Shown: positions 28,970 to 45,585 of the stretch, piece by piece | Numbering within the stretch: the first letter of the stretch is position 1 | Layout: each line of letters begins with the position of its first letter | Origin: Candidatus Hydrogenedentota bacterium | Lineage (GTDB): Bacteria; Hydrogenedentota; Hydrogenedentia; Hydrogenedentales; JAEUWI01 | Reading direction: 5' to 3' | NCBI GenBank assembly: GCA_034669905.1 | Contig: JAXMOL010000007.1 | Location: 32,001-96,000, forward strand | DNA length: 64,000 nt | Made by a program: the position numbers and the translations under genes | The notes under the pieces: generated by a model | What the model was told of the DNA's origin: nothing | What the model saw: the letters and a program-made list of their open reading frames with translations, nothing else | The model's database searches: none

Positions 28970-29755
28970 ATGAACACTGCGGATGCCGCCACCTTCTATC
29001 GCGAAAACGGATTCTACATGCACACCAGGCCTCTTATGGATGGGGCGGCCATTGCCGACACCATACGTGGGATGGAGGCTGTGCGCGACGGTCACTATGA
29101 AACCGGGCTGCCCCCGGAAGATTCCCCCTGGAAGCCGGGCAACGATCCCCGCACCCTGTGCAAAATAGAAATGGCCCAACAGAGCAATCGGGCCATCATG
29201 GCGGCAGTGGCCAATCCCCGTCTCGGGGCGCTGGCCGCCGAAGTGACCGGTGCATCCATGGTTCAGGCGTGGTGGGTTCAGCTCCTGATGAAACCCCCCG
29301 TGTCGCCAGCAGGTAATTTCAACACCAATGTGGGTTGGCACCAGGACGGCCAGTATTGGACCTGTTGGGAGCCCGGCAGTGAAGTCTTCACGGCATGGCT
29401 TGCCCTGAGCGACGTCACGGAAGCGGCGGGCGCCATGCGCTTCGTGCCGGGGTCACCTACCTGGGGCTTGCTCCACCAGGGCGATTTCTACGGACAGGAG
29501 CTGGAAGGACAAATCAAGGTGCCCGAGGGGAAATCCTGGAAGGAAACGGTGTGCGTGCTGCCCCCGGGGGGCGTGAGCTTCCATCACCACCTGACGCTCC
29601 ACGCCAGCGGACCCAACACAAGCGCGTCGCCCCGCCTGAGCCTGGCCATTCATCTGCGGACCGAAAAATCAACGCCAACGCCAGGGCCCCGCACGGGATT
29701 GCTCGAATTCCTGGACGACCAGGAGCGCTGCCCGGTTATCTGGGAGCGAGGATGA
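28970..29755 (+). CDS. Phytanoyl-CoA dioxygenase (PhyH) family Fe(II)/2OG dioxygenase
   Basis: KPP, WHQD, TAWLALSD, GAMRFVPGS, TLHASGPN...R. Confidence 0.9.
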   Translation: MNTADAATFYRENGFYMHTRPLMDGAAIADTIRGMEAVRDGHYETGLPPEDSPWKPGNDPRTLCKIEMAQQSNRAIMAAVANPRLGALAAEVTGASMVQAWWVQLLMKPPVSPAGNFNTNVGWHQDGQYWTCWEPGSEVFTAWLALSDVTEAAGAMRFVPGSPTWGLLHQGDFYGQELEGQIKVPEGKSWKETVCVLPPGGVSFHHHLTLHASGPNTSASPRLSLAIHLRTEKSTPTPGPRTGLLEFLDDQERCPVIWERG

Positions 29756-29766
29756 GAATTGTGAAG

Positions 29767-29916
29767 AGCCCCAGTGGGGTGGCATAGAAATCTTGGAGGT
29801 GATGCTTGCTTCGTTCTATGTCGCCCCGCTGGTACTAATACTGGCGTGATTCCACCAATGCCCAGGACTCGCTACGCTCGCCGCTGGGCTACGATATGTC
29901 GCCCACTTCGTGGACT
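29767..29916. repeat. REP/REPIN-like palindromic element
   Basis: AGCCCCAGTGGGGTGGCATAGAA inverted with TTCTATGTCGCCCCGCTGGTACT; third partial copy TATGTCGCCCACTTCGTGGACT. Confidence 0.6.
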
Positions 29917-29978
29917 ATATGAACCCGTTTCCGGGGCCTTTCTCATACCCCGGACTCTGCCATTGTTTGCTGGTTCGG

Positions 29979-33788
<3,810 letters not shown>

Positions 33789-34161
33789 GAGAATGGCCCC
33801 TGATAGTGTTTTGCCGCCAGATCACAGACGTCTCCTGGCGCGCCGCACGCCAGAATGAATAAGAAACATCTGTGACACCATTCTAGCCATTTGGAGGTGC
33901 GGAGTGTCAAGTGCCCGACCGGGGCGCCTACGGACTTTGGAGCGGATTCGCAGATGGCCCTCCAGGCTACCCTGATATCCACTCTGACGCCATCGCGGCC
34001 TTTGGCGAAACAGGGGTCAGGTATTCGGACTGCCTAGGCCGGGCTCGCATTCTGTAAATTACCCGTGTGTATACGCCATCACCCATCGTTTGCACCGAAT
34101 GTTCCCATCTTGGGGGCGCGCAGGTCAGGATTTCAGCCGTAAGTCTCCACGCGCAGTCCCC

Positions 34162-37380
<3,219 letters not shown>

Positions 37381-37508
37381 TGAATAGTCCCCTTTGGCAC
37401 TCACGTAAAGAAAGACATGGGTTGCACGGAGGGGTGGGTAATTTTGCCCCGAATGTCTACGCCCCAACTTGCCGCTTGACGGCCCTCTGCACCACCCAAT
37501 GGAGCTTC

Positions 37509-37537
37509 AGTATATGGGCAGTTGGCTATACTGTCAA
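37509..37537 (-). promoter_or_regulatory. Sigma-70 promoter of the SBBP/EG-repeat gene
   Basis: Minus strand TTGACA-N17-TATACT. Confidence 0.7.
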
Positions 37538-37619
37538 TCTCTTTATCCGTTGTGTGACGCGGGGCAAAAGACGACCGGAATATCCAAGAACCGTTTGTGC
37601 GAATCGTAGATGAGACGTC

Positions 37620-39047
37620 CTATTTCCACAAGCCCTTCAGCGCCGCCACCGTCGCATCCGTCAAGACCTGTCCGCCTTCGGAGCCTACTTCGTTGCTCTG
37701 CACAATGGCGCTGTAGCCGCCGCCGGCTTCGGCGTAGGGGGTGGGGACGTAGGTGCCGGGGCCGCAGAGTTGGATGAGGAAGGTCTGGAGCGCCGGGCTC
37801 TTGGCTTTCATCTGGATGCCGTATTGGAGGAAGAGCTCGAAGTCGTTGGTGGCGATGGCAATGTCGCCCAGGCGGAGGGTGTGGAGCTTCTGGTCGTAGG
37901 GGCGGAGTTCCCCGGCCTGCTGGCGATCATAGCGGTCGACCACACTCTGGTGCCACTTCACGCGCCGGAAATACTTCGCTTCCTTCTCCGACCATTTCAC
38001 GACCTCCTTCCTGGCGTCTTCCATTTCCTCTTTCGTGACCATTCGCTCGGGGAGTTCGACATGGGTTACTTGATGGACAAAGGGGAGGTCATCGAATTTT
38101 TCCTGCTGTGCGACGGCGTAGGTCTCTTCCCACGCATTCACCACGCGGCGGGCAATTTCCCCGATTTCGTCGAGACCACGCAATTTATTCATACGCGCTT
38201 CGGCGGCCTTGCGAATCTGCAGATGGGGCGTGTGGTCGCCCGCCGTGCTGATCCAGCCCACGACCACGAGGTCTTCGCCATGTTTCGCTTTCAGGGCCTC
38301 ACGGATGGGGTGCCAGAAGTCGGCGTTCACCTTGCTGCCGCTACCCGCGCGCTGGGCGGGACAGCCCAGACTCATGGCCGTGGCGATGAGGGTGTCGTTG
38401 GCATCCCAGAAATACAGCATCTCGATGCCGGGGTCGTCCGGTCCTTCAAAACCACGGAATCCGGGGATATGTTTCTTGCCATGCATGACCGCCGTGCCAT
38501 CGCCGTAGATCATCCGACGATTGTGGCCTACCACCGCATGGCCGAGACCCCAACCGGCCTTGGCAGGCTGGCGTTCCTTCCAGGCTTTCTCGGCGGCATC
38601 GGCAACCTGTTGGGTAAAGAAGGCGCGGTATTCCGCGGGGGTCATGACGCCTTCGGGGATATGGTAATTCCCATCCACCAGGACCGGGGCCGTGTGGGAG
38701 TGGGTCGCGCTGAGGATGAGCTTATCGATATCAAAGTCGGGAATGCGTGGGGCGAGTTCAGCGGCCACCTGCTCCGCAATGCCCCCGCGAATGGCGACGA
38801 GGCCACACGCCACGAAGATGGCCTGATCCTTCACCACGTCACCGTCCCGGGATTCGATGGCCAGGATGTTGGCCTGGACCGGCGACTCCACCTCGGTAGA
38901 AACGCGGGTGTGCATCTGCCCCGAAAGGGTTACGGGGCCATCGGGGGTGATGGAGGTGGATTCCGCGCCCACATGGAGCGTGGCAGCGTGGGTGAGTGCG
39001 GAGCCGCTGAGGGCGAGCGTCAAGACAAGAATAGCGCGATACAACAT
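37620..39047 (-). CDS. Secreted neutral/alkaline ceramidase-N-terminal-like hydrolase (uncharacterised)
   Basis: Signal peptide; SITPD, ILSATHSHTAP, NRR, LRLGDIAI, YVPT...GGGYS. Confidence 0.7.
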   Translation of the reverse strand: MLYRAILVLTLALSGSALTHAATLHVGAESTSITPDGPVTLSGQMHTRVSTEVESPVQANILAIESRDGDVVKDQAIFVACGLVAIRGGIAEQVAAELAPRIPDFDIDKLILSATHSHTAPVLVDGNYHIPEGVMTPAEYRAFFTQQVADAAEKAWKERQPAKAGWGLGHAVVGHNRRMIYGDGTAVMHGKKHIPGFRGFEGPDDPGIEMLYFWDANDTLIATAMSLGCPAQRAGSGSKVNADFWHPIREALKAKHGEDLVVVGWISTAGDHTPHLQIRKAAEARMNKLRGLDEIGEIARRVVNAWEETYAVAQQEKFDDLPFVHQVTHVELPERMVTKEEMEDARKEVVKWSEKEAKYFRRVKWHQSVVDRYDRQQAGELRPYDQKLHTLRLGDIAIATNDFELFLQYGIQMKAKSPALQTFLIQLCGPGTYVPTPYAEAGGGYSAIVQSNEVGSEGGQVLTDATVAALKGLWK

Positions 39048-39090
39048 CGGTAAGTAAACTCCTGGAAAATCTGTCGGGACCAACTGTTTT

Positions 39091-39234
39091 CACCACGAAG
39101 GTCACGGAGAACGGAGGAAGAAGATTTCACGGAACAGACTGCGAAAGTTGACCCCTTCCAGGGCAAGACAATGGCTGTCTATGTACTTCTCTTCGAGTTG
39201 TGCTTCCTTCGCGCTCTTCGTGCCCTTCGTGGTG
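39091..39234. repeat. 144-bp MITE/REP-like element with ~20-bp terminal inverted repeats
   Basis: CACCACGAAGGTCACGGAGA vs reverse complement of right arm CACCACGAAGGGCACGAAGA (18/20). Confidence 0.65.
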
Positions 39235-39252
39235 TAGCGTTTGAGGTTTGGA

Positions 39253-40698
39253 TTACTTCTTTTCCGCCCACATTTCCTTCACGGCGCGCACGGTCTCATC
39301 CACAATCACCTGTCCACCTTCGGGACCCACGTCATTACTCTGGACAATGGCGCTGTAGCCACCACCGGCTGCGGCAAGGGGGGTGGGGATGTAGGTGCCC
39401 GGTCCCGCAAGCTGGATAAGGAAAGAATGGAGTGCCGGGCTTTTGGCTTTAATCTGAATCCCGTATTGGGTGAATAATTCGAAGTCATTGGTGGCGATGG
39501 CGATGTCCCCGAGGCGGAGGGTGTGGAGTTCCATGGCGTAGGGCACGATATCCCCGCGCTGCTGGCGGTCATAGCGGGCCAATACTTTTTCATGCCATTT
39601 AACACGGCGGGAGAATTTGACGTCCTTCGACCATTTTTCGATTTCCATTTTCGCATCGTTCATTTCTTCTTCCGTCACGATACGTTCGGGCAATTGGATA
39701 GTTTCGACCTGATGCACCAGCGGAAGGTCGTCAAACTTTTCTTTCGCTGCCCCTTCATAGGCTTCTTCCCAGGCATGGATAACACGGCGGGCGATTTCTT
39801 CCAGGCGGGTCAGGCCCCGGAGTTCGCGCATGCGATCTTCTGCCTGCTTTCGGAAACGGATGTGGGGCGACTGGTCACCGGCGGCACCAATCCAGCCGAG
39901 GACAACGAGGTCCTTGCCATATTTCTCTTTCAGCCCTTCACGGACCGGGTGCCAGAAGTCGGCGTTAACTGCCCTCCGGCTTTCCACTTCCTGGGCGGGA
40001 CAGGCAATGTTCACGGCGGTGGTGATGAGCTGGTCGTCTTCGCCCCAGAAGAAGAGGACTTCCACGGCGTGGTCTTCCGGCCCTTCGATACCGCGAAAGC
40101 CATCGACACTGATGTCGCCATACATCTGGTGGTGGCCGTCTTCGAAGTAGGAGCGGCGATTATAGGCCACCACGGCATGAGACATGCCCCAGCCGGCTTT
40201 GGCGGGGCGACGGGATTTCCACGCGGCTTCGGCGGCCTCGGCCACCTGGAGCGTCAGGAAATCCACATAGGCCGTGGGCGTCATGACATCGGGGTCGTCG
40301 ACTTTATATTTGTTTTCCAACAAGACCGGGGCCGTGTGGGTGTGCGTCGCACTGAGGACGAGCTTCTGGATATCAAAGTCGGGGATGCGCGGTGCCAGCT
40401 CTTCGCGCACGCGCTCCAGCAGGCCTTCCCGGATGGCCACCAGCCCGCAGGCCACGAAAATGGCTTGCTCCACCACCGTGTCGCCCTCACGGGATTCCAG
40501 GGCCATGGCGTTGGCCTGGACTTCCGATTCGACTGAGCGTGCAATGCGGGTCGACATTTGTCCGGTCAGCGCGACCGGCATGTCGGGCGTAATGCTTGTT
40601 GTGTGGGCACCCACGTGGAGGGTGGCCGCCGTCGCGGTGGCGCTGAAGAGGACAGTGGCAAGGCAGGTGAACAGAAAACAATGGTAGCTTCGGTACAT
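39253..40698 (-). CDS. Secreted ceramidase-like hydrolase, tandem paralog of 37620..39047
   Basis: Same motifs: LSATHTHTAP, VNADFWHP, LHTLRLGDIAIATNDFELF, GGGYSAIVQSN. Confidence 0.7.
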   Translation of the reverse strand: MYRSYHCFLFTCLATVLFSATATAATLHVGAHTTSITPDMPVALTGQMSTRIARSVESEVQANAMALESREGDTVVEQAIFVACGLVAIREGLLERVREELAPRIPDFDIQKLVLSATHTHTAPVLLENKYKVDDPDVMTPTAYVDFLTLQVAEAAEAAWKSRRPAKAGWGMSHAVVAYNRRSYFEDGHHQMYGDISVDGFRGIEGPEDHAVEVLFFWGEDDQLITTAVNIACPAQEVESRRAVNADFWHPVREGLKEKYGKDLVVLGWIGAAGDQSPHIRFRKQAEDRMRELRGLTRLEEIARRVIHAWEEAYEGAAKEKFDDLPLVHQVETIQLPERIVTEEEMNDAKMEIEKWSKDVKFSRRVKWHEKVLARYDRQQRGDIVPYAMELHTLRLGDIAIATNDFELFTQYGIQIKAKSPALHSFLIQLAGPGTYIPTPLAAAGGGYSAIVQSNDVGPEGGQVIVDETVRAVKEMWAEKK

Positions 40699-40973
40699 AA
40701 TGATGATTTCCCCGTGGTAAATCGACCGTAGTTGAACGTTCCAATGGCCGTTACCATAGCACCGCCCTCGTCTACGGTACCAATCCGGGAAAAGGGACTG
40801 AAACCTCCCCGCCCATCGCCGCGTCTCATGGGCCGTGTTTCCGGAGGTTGCCTATCTGCGTCGTTGGAGCGGATAATGGGCGCTGCGGCGGAAAGGGCAC
40901 TATCGGTGCCCGACAGCACAGGAACGGTAGACCCGTTTGTTCGCAGGGTGAACCGAGACAAAGGCATAGCAGC

Positions 40974-42326
40974 ATGACGAAATCACTATTGACCCGTAAA
41001 GAACCGCTCGGCATGGCGCGTCCAATCGGATGGGGGCTGCGGATGGTGCTGGTGGGTCTCTCGGCGCTCTGCATTTCCGCCTGCGAGCATACCGGCCTGA
41101 TGAAGACCCCCAACATCTACCTGGCCACCGATCTGGATCCCTTCGCGGAATTGCCCCCGGAAAAGCAACAGGTTACGGTGGATCTGCTCTACGCCACCGA
41201 CCGTGTGCCGGAACTAGACGTGGAAGAGCCTCATGGTCGTGGGGTTCAATATGGGCACCATCGATCCGACAGCCTGGCCTTTGGGCGGGCGACGGTGGCG
41301 CTGGGCGAACACGTGACCTGGGAAGATCTCCATGAGGCGAGCCTGAGCCGCCAGCGCAACCGACGCTTCGTCCCCTTCCTGGAGGAGACGGTGGAATTGG
41401 GACGTTTTCCGGCATCGCAGAAAACGTGGATTGCGGCAGGGGGGGGCCTGAAGCCTAACGAAGAGAATCAGGCCCTTTCGCAGGCGGCCATCACCGGGAT
41501 GCAGCGTGAAGTGTCGCGCTTGCTGGAAAGCAGTGACCGCCGGGAAGCCTTTATCTTTATCCACGGTTACAACAATCAGTTCTACCATGCGTCATTGACG
41601 ATGGCCCAGCTCTGGCACTTTATGGGCCGACCCGGGGTGCCTATGATCTACTCCTGGCCCGCGGGGCGGGGGGGGCTCCGAGGTTATACGTCCGACACCG
41701 AGTCTTCTCAGTTCACGGTCTTTCACCTCAAGCAGTTTCTGCGGGCGCTGGTGGAAACACCCGGCCTCGAGAAAATACACATTCTCGCCCATAGTCGCGG
41801 TACCGACGTGGCAACCACGGCAATCCGGGAACTCATGTTGTCGTACCGTGCGGCGGGAAAAGACAGCCGGGACACGCTGAAACTGGGGAACCTCGTGCTG
41901 GTGGCCCCCGATCTGGATATTGACGTGGTGCAGCAGACCCTGGTGGCCGAAGGCATGATCGGCGTCCCCGAGCGCTTTACCGTCTATATTTCCCCCCGTG
42001 ACCGGGCCCTCCTTCTCTCCTCGTGGATGATGGACAGCGTGAAACGACTGGGCAACATCGGGGCCGAGAACCTGAGTGCCGAAGAGCGGGCCAGCATCAC
42101 GGCCGTGCCCTTGTTGACCTACATAAACGCCGACGTGAAGAGTGACATTACCGGCCATGCGTATTTCTGGACCAATCCGGCGGCCAGTTCCGATTTAATC
42201 CTGCTCCTGCGGGATGATTTGCCGCCGGGGATTAATTCTGGCCGGCCCCTGCAGCGAAAGTCGGACAACTATTGGGTTCTCCGCGATCACTATCTGCTGC
42301 GGACACCTGACCTGAAGGCCGAGTAA
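40974..42326 (+). CDS. Alpha/beta hydrolase lipoprotein (DUF900-like)
   Basis: Lipobox ISAC; LYATDR, FIHGYNN, YSWP, AHSRG, LVAPDLD, GHAYF; start uncertain. Confidence 0.85.
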   Translation: MTKSLLTRKEPLGMARPIGWGLRMVLVGLSALCISACEHTGLMKTPNIYLATDLDPFAELPPEKQQVTVDLLYATDRVPELDVEEPHGRGVQYGHHRSDSLAFGRATVALGEHVTWEDLHEASLSRQRNRRFVPFLEETVELGRFPASQKTWIAAGGGLKPNEENQALSQAAITGMQREVSRLLESSDRREAFIFIHGYNNQFYHASLTMAQLWHFMGRPGVPMIYSWPAGRGGLRGYTSDTESSQFTVFHLKQFLRALVETPGLEKIHILAHSRGTDVATTAIRELMLSYRAAGKDSRDTLKLGNLVLVAPDLDIDVVQQTLVAEGMIGVPERFTVYISPRDRALLLSSWMMDSVKRLGNIGAENLSAEERASITAVPLLTYINADVKSDITGHAYFWTNPAASSDLILLLRDDLPPGINSGRPLQRKSDNYWVLRDHYLLRTPDLKAE

Positions 42327-42383
42327 GTGGAGCGGGCGCGGCCTGCTTGCCTGGTTACGGGTCGCCGTATTTACGCAAAACTG

Positions 42384-42412
42384 TTGCGCACAGGTCCGGA
42401 ATGATTTACACT
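42384..42412 (+). promoter_or_regulatory. Sigma-70-like promoter of the Hpt gene
   Basis: TTGCGC-N17-TACACT. Confidence 0.5.
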
Positions 42413-42518
42413 CAACGAAGGCTTTCGGTGTGGTGAGACGGCGTCTTGGCTACTTCACCGTGGGCTGCTACACCCGATCGGCGATTGGTGAGTTGATAAG
42501 AAAAGCTTGGAGATGGAT

Positions 42519-42884
42519 ATGACGGAACAGGCAGGGAACGGCGCTGCGGCCATAGATTTCACCCGCATCCAGGAAACGTCGTGCGGAGACACGGAGTTCG
42601 AGCAGGAGCTTTTTCAGCTCTTCCTGGACGACAGCGCTGCGCGCATGGCGGTGCTCAAGTCGGCCCTGGATGGCAGCGACATGCAAAAAGTCCACCTGGA
42701 AGCGCACACGCTTAAGGGCGCTGGCGTCAACGTTGGCACGCTGCAGTTTCATGAGATCGCCGCTGCGCTAGAGCAACTTGATGCCGATGCAGCCGGTGTC
42801 CGGGGGCAGGAGTTGTTTGCGAACCTGGAACGAGAGTACTCCCGCGTGCACAGCGATATCACCACCTACCTCGCCACCCTGTAG
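42519..42884 (+). CDS. Stand-alone Hpt (histidine phosphotransfer) protein
   Basis: AHTLKGAGVNVG Hpt motif. Confidence 0.9.
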   Translation: MTEQAGNGAAAIDFTRIQETSCGDTEFEQELFQLFLDDSAARMAVLKSALDGSDMQKVHLEAHTLKGAGVNVGTLQFHEIAAALEQLDADAAGVRGQELFANLEREYSRVHSDITTYLATL

Positions 42885-43024
42885 CACCCCTTTCTCCGAC
42901 GGAATCGTCATGCTGATTGCCCGACGTGCTGCGGGCCCTTGCTCCCCGAAATGAGAAAAAGCACCTTCTTGTGTTGGATTCGCCGCCGTATCGCGGTACA
43001 ATCCCCCTAACAAAGGAGGCTGTT

Positions 43025-43498
43025 ATGCTTGAAGTAGAAATTCTCGGGGTAAGCCAGGCCGAAGAGCACCGTTATCCCCTGGTGCTGTTACGGCACGAGA
43101 GTCGTGTCTTGCCCATTCTCGTCGGCATTCCCGAAGCCAGTGCCATACAGCTTGGCCTTCAGGGCGAGAAAACAGCCCGGCCCATGACCCACGATTTGAT
43201 TTGCAATCTGCTTGCCGGACTCCGGGGAGAATTGATTTCCGTCAATATCTACAAGCTCGAGAATGAGACCTTTCTGGCCCACCTGAACGTGGAGCAGAAG
43301 AATAACAATGGGGAGGTCGAGCAGATTCTACGCATCGACACCCGACCCAGCGACGGAATCGCCATTGCCGTTCGTGTCGGCTGCCCCATCCTCGTGGCGG
43401 AAGAGGTCATGGACGCGGCGGCTCAGGATGCGTCCATACTCGGTGGAGATGATGAGGAAGAAGAGGAAGATGACGACGTAGACGGCGAGGAGTACTAG
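43025..43498 (+). CDS. Bifunctional nuclease family protein (DUF151)
   Basis: LPILVGIPEA, RPMTHDL, IDTRPSDGIAIAVR; acidic tail; AAGGAGG RBS. Confidence 0.92.
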   Translation: MLEVEILGVSQAEEHRYPLVLLRHESRVLPILVGIPEASAIQLGLQGEKTARPMTHDLICNLLAGLRGELISVNIYKLENETFLAHLNVEQKNNNGEVEQILRIDTRPSDGIAIAVRVGCPILVAEEVMDAAAQDASILGGDDEEEEEDDDVDGEEY

Positions 43499-43521
43499 GG
43501 GAGTCAGGCCATTCGGGCGGA

Positions 43522-44589
43522 CTACTCCGGTCGCAACAAGTCGAGAAACTTGTGGTTGGCCTTGGGAAAGGCGTAGTTCCCGAAATCCTCGGGCACAATC
43601 CATTTCAAGTCGGTATGTACCTTCGACTGCGCCTCGCCCGACAGGATTTCGCAGCGGTAGACATTGAGCGTGACCTTGAGGTGGGTGTAGACGTGTTTTA
43701 CCGAGGCGACCATGCCACCCACTTTTACCGTCACTCCCAATTCCTCGGCACATTCCCGTTCCAGTGCCGCCTGATGGGTTTCCCCCGCTTCCAGTTTGCC
43801 GCCGGGAAACTCCCACAGCCCCGCCAGCATGCCGTCCGGCCCCCGCTTCCCGATAAGGTAGCGTCCCTCGCGCTCAATGACGGCCACCACGATTTCCTTG
43901 TGGGGTACGGCCTTGCGGGGCTTCTTCACCGGCCGTTTCTCCTGCAGGCCCTTCTTCTGTGCGGCACACTCGGATAAGACGGGGCACGAGGCGCAGTCTG
44001 GCTTTCGGGGGGTGCAAATCCGGGCCCCGAGCTCCATCATGCTCTGATTGAAGTCACCCGGTGCCGACTCCGGTACCAGTGCATCTGCAATAGCCCAGAG
44101 CTTTTTTTCCGTCGCGCTCTCCCCAATCGGCAGGGCGATATTAAAAATGCGCGTGAGTACCCGTTTTACATTGCCGTCCACCACGGGGACCCGTTCATTG
44201 AAGGCAATACTGGCAATGGCGCCTGCGGTGTAGCGGCCGACGCCGGGGAGTAGCTGGAGAATCTCCGCCGACTCGGGCAGGGCGCCGTGGTGTTGTTCCA
44301 TGACCTGTCGTGCGGCCTTGTGGAGGTTTCGGGCGCGGGTGTAATAGCCCAGGCCTTCCCACAGTTTCAGCACTTCATCTTCCGACGCCGCCGCGAGTGC
44401 CGGTAAGGTGGGCAGGGCCGCAAGAAAGCGCTCGTAGTAGGGGAGTCCCTGATCGACCCGGGTCTGTTGCAGGAGGATTTCAGAAAGCCAGATATGATAA
44501 GGATCCCGGCTCTTTCGCCAGGGAAGATCCCGTGCTTCTTCCCGGAACCAATGGAGGAGTGACTTGCGGATATTCTGCGCCTGTTGCAT
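43522..44589 (-). CDS. mutY: A/G-specific adenine glycosylase with C-terminal Nudix domain
   Basis: RDLPWR, SEILLQQT, WEGLGYY, HhH LPGVGRYTA, VDGNV, Cx6Cx2Cx5C Fe-S motif. Confidence 0.95.
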   Translation of the reverse strand: MQQAQNIRKSLLHWFREEARDLPWRKSRDPYHIWLSEILLQQTRVDQGLPYYERFLAALPTLPALAAASEDEVLKLWEGLGYYTRARNLHKAARQVMEQHHGALPESAEILQLLPGVGRYTAGAIASIAFNERVPVVDGNVKRVLTRIFNIALPIGESATEKKLWAIADALVPESAPGDFNQSMMELGARICTPRKPDCASCPVLSECAAQKKGLQEKRPVKKPRKAVPHKEIVVAVIEREGRYLIGKRGPDGMLAGLWEFPGGKLEAGETHQAALERECAEELGVTVKVGGMVASVKHVYTHLKVTLNVYRCEILSGEAQSKVHTDLKWIVPEDFGNYAFPKANHKFLDLLRPE

Positions 44590-44748
44590 AATGCGGTGGC
44601 TTTCCAACGTAATGGTATTTCGTGACAGCGAATAATGTGGGCGACCGAAGGGTATTGGGAGATGCCTGTCGGGTGCTGAGGCCCTATAGTACATGGGATC
44701 GCGATCCAATTGCCTGCGCGTATGGCCCACCCACAACGAAGATGGTGA

Positions 44749-45585
44749 ATGATGGAAGAAAAAGCAAACCGGACAACCCTGCGACGCATTCAAGACAAGA
44801 CCCATGAGATCATTTTTGAGGCGGACACGCCCAAGGGGAAACTCTTTGATGTGGTGCTCATCGCCCTGATTGTTCTCAGCGTCGGCACCGTCATGTTGGA
44901 CAGCGTGGAGTCCTACAGCGAGGCCTATGGTGTACTCTTTTACCGTTTGGAGTGGGGCTTCACCATCATCTTCACCATCGAATATCTCTTGCGCCTTTCC
45001 TGCATCGAGCGGCCGTCCCGGTACGCCACCAGTTTCTTTGGTGTGGTGGATTTGCTGGCTATTCTGCCCACCTACATCAGCGTTATCTTTCCCGGCAGCC
45101 ACTACCTGCTGGTCATCCGGCTCTTACGTGTCCTCCGCGTTTTCCGTGTGCTGAAGATTGTGCAATACGTGGGTGAGGCGGATTTACTGATGAGCGCCAT
45201 TGAGGCCAGCCGACGAAAAATTACGATCTTTCTCTTCGCGGTGTTCACCATCGCCACGATTGCCGGCTCCCTCATGTATGTTATCGAAGGGGCCGAGTCG
45301 GGCTTTACCAGTATACCCCGCAGCATCTATTGGTCCGTCGTGACATTGACCACCGTGGGCTATGGCGATATTTCACCGGTCACCGCGTTGGGTCAGGGGC
45401 TGGCTACCATAATCATGCTCATGGGCTACGGGATCATTGCCGTGCCCACGGGGATTGTGACGGCCGAGATAACCCGGGCATCTGAGCGGGTCCACCTCGC
45501 GGTGCGCTCGTGCCAGTCTTGCGGCGGCGAGTTTCATGCCCGCGACGCCAAATATTGTAAGCACTGTGGGGAAAAACTCAGGTAG
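44749..45585 (+). CDS. Voltage-gated K+ channel-like ion transporter
   Basis: S4 RLLRVLRVFRVLK; selectivity filter TTVGYGD; C-terminal CxxC...CxxC. Confidence 0.93.
   Translation: MMEEKANRTTLRRIQDKTHEIIFEADTPKGKLFDVVLIALIVLSVGTVMLDSVESYSEAYGVLFYRLEWGFTIIFTIEYLLRLSCIERPSRYATSFFGVVDLLAILPTYISVIFPGSHYLLVIRLLRVLRVFRVLKIVQYVGEADLLMSAIEASRRKITIFLFAVFTIATIAGSLMYVIEGAESGFTSIPRSIYWSVVTLTTVGYGDISPVTALGQGLATIIMLMGYGIIAVPTGIVTAEITRASERVHLAVRSCQSCGGEFHARDAKYCKHCGEKLR

Noticed and set aside
33880..33910. TTGACA/TAGAAT promoter for the 29979..33788 gene
   Set aside because: The 19-nt spacer is suboptimal and no MerR-type dyad is visible; left uncalled.
44590..45102. Long N-terminal extension of mutY
   Set aside because: Antisense to the K+ channel gene; MutY homology starts near ATG 44589.
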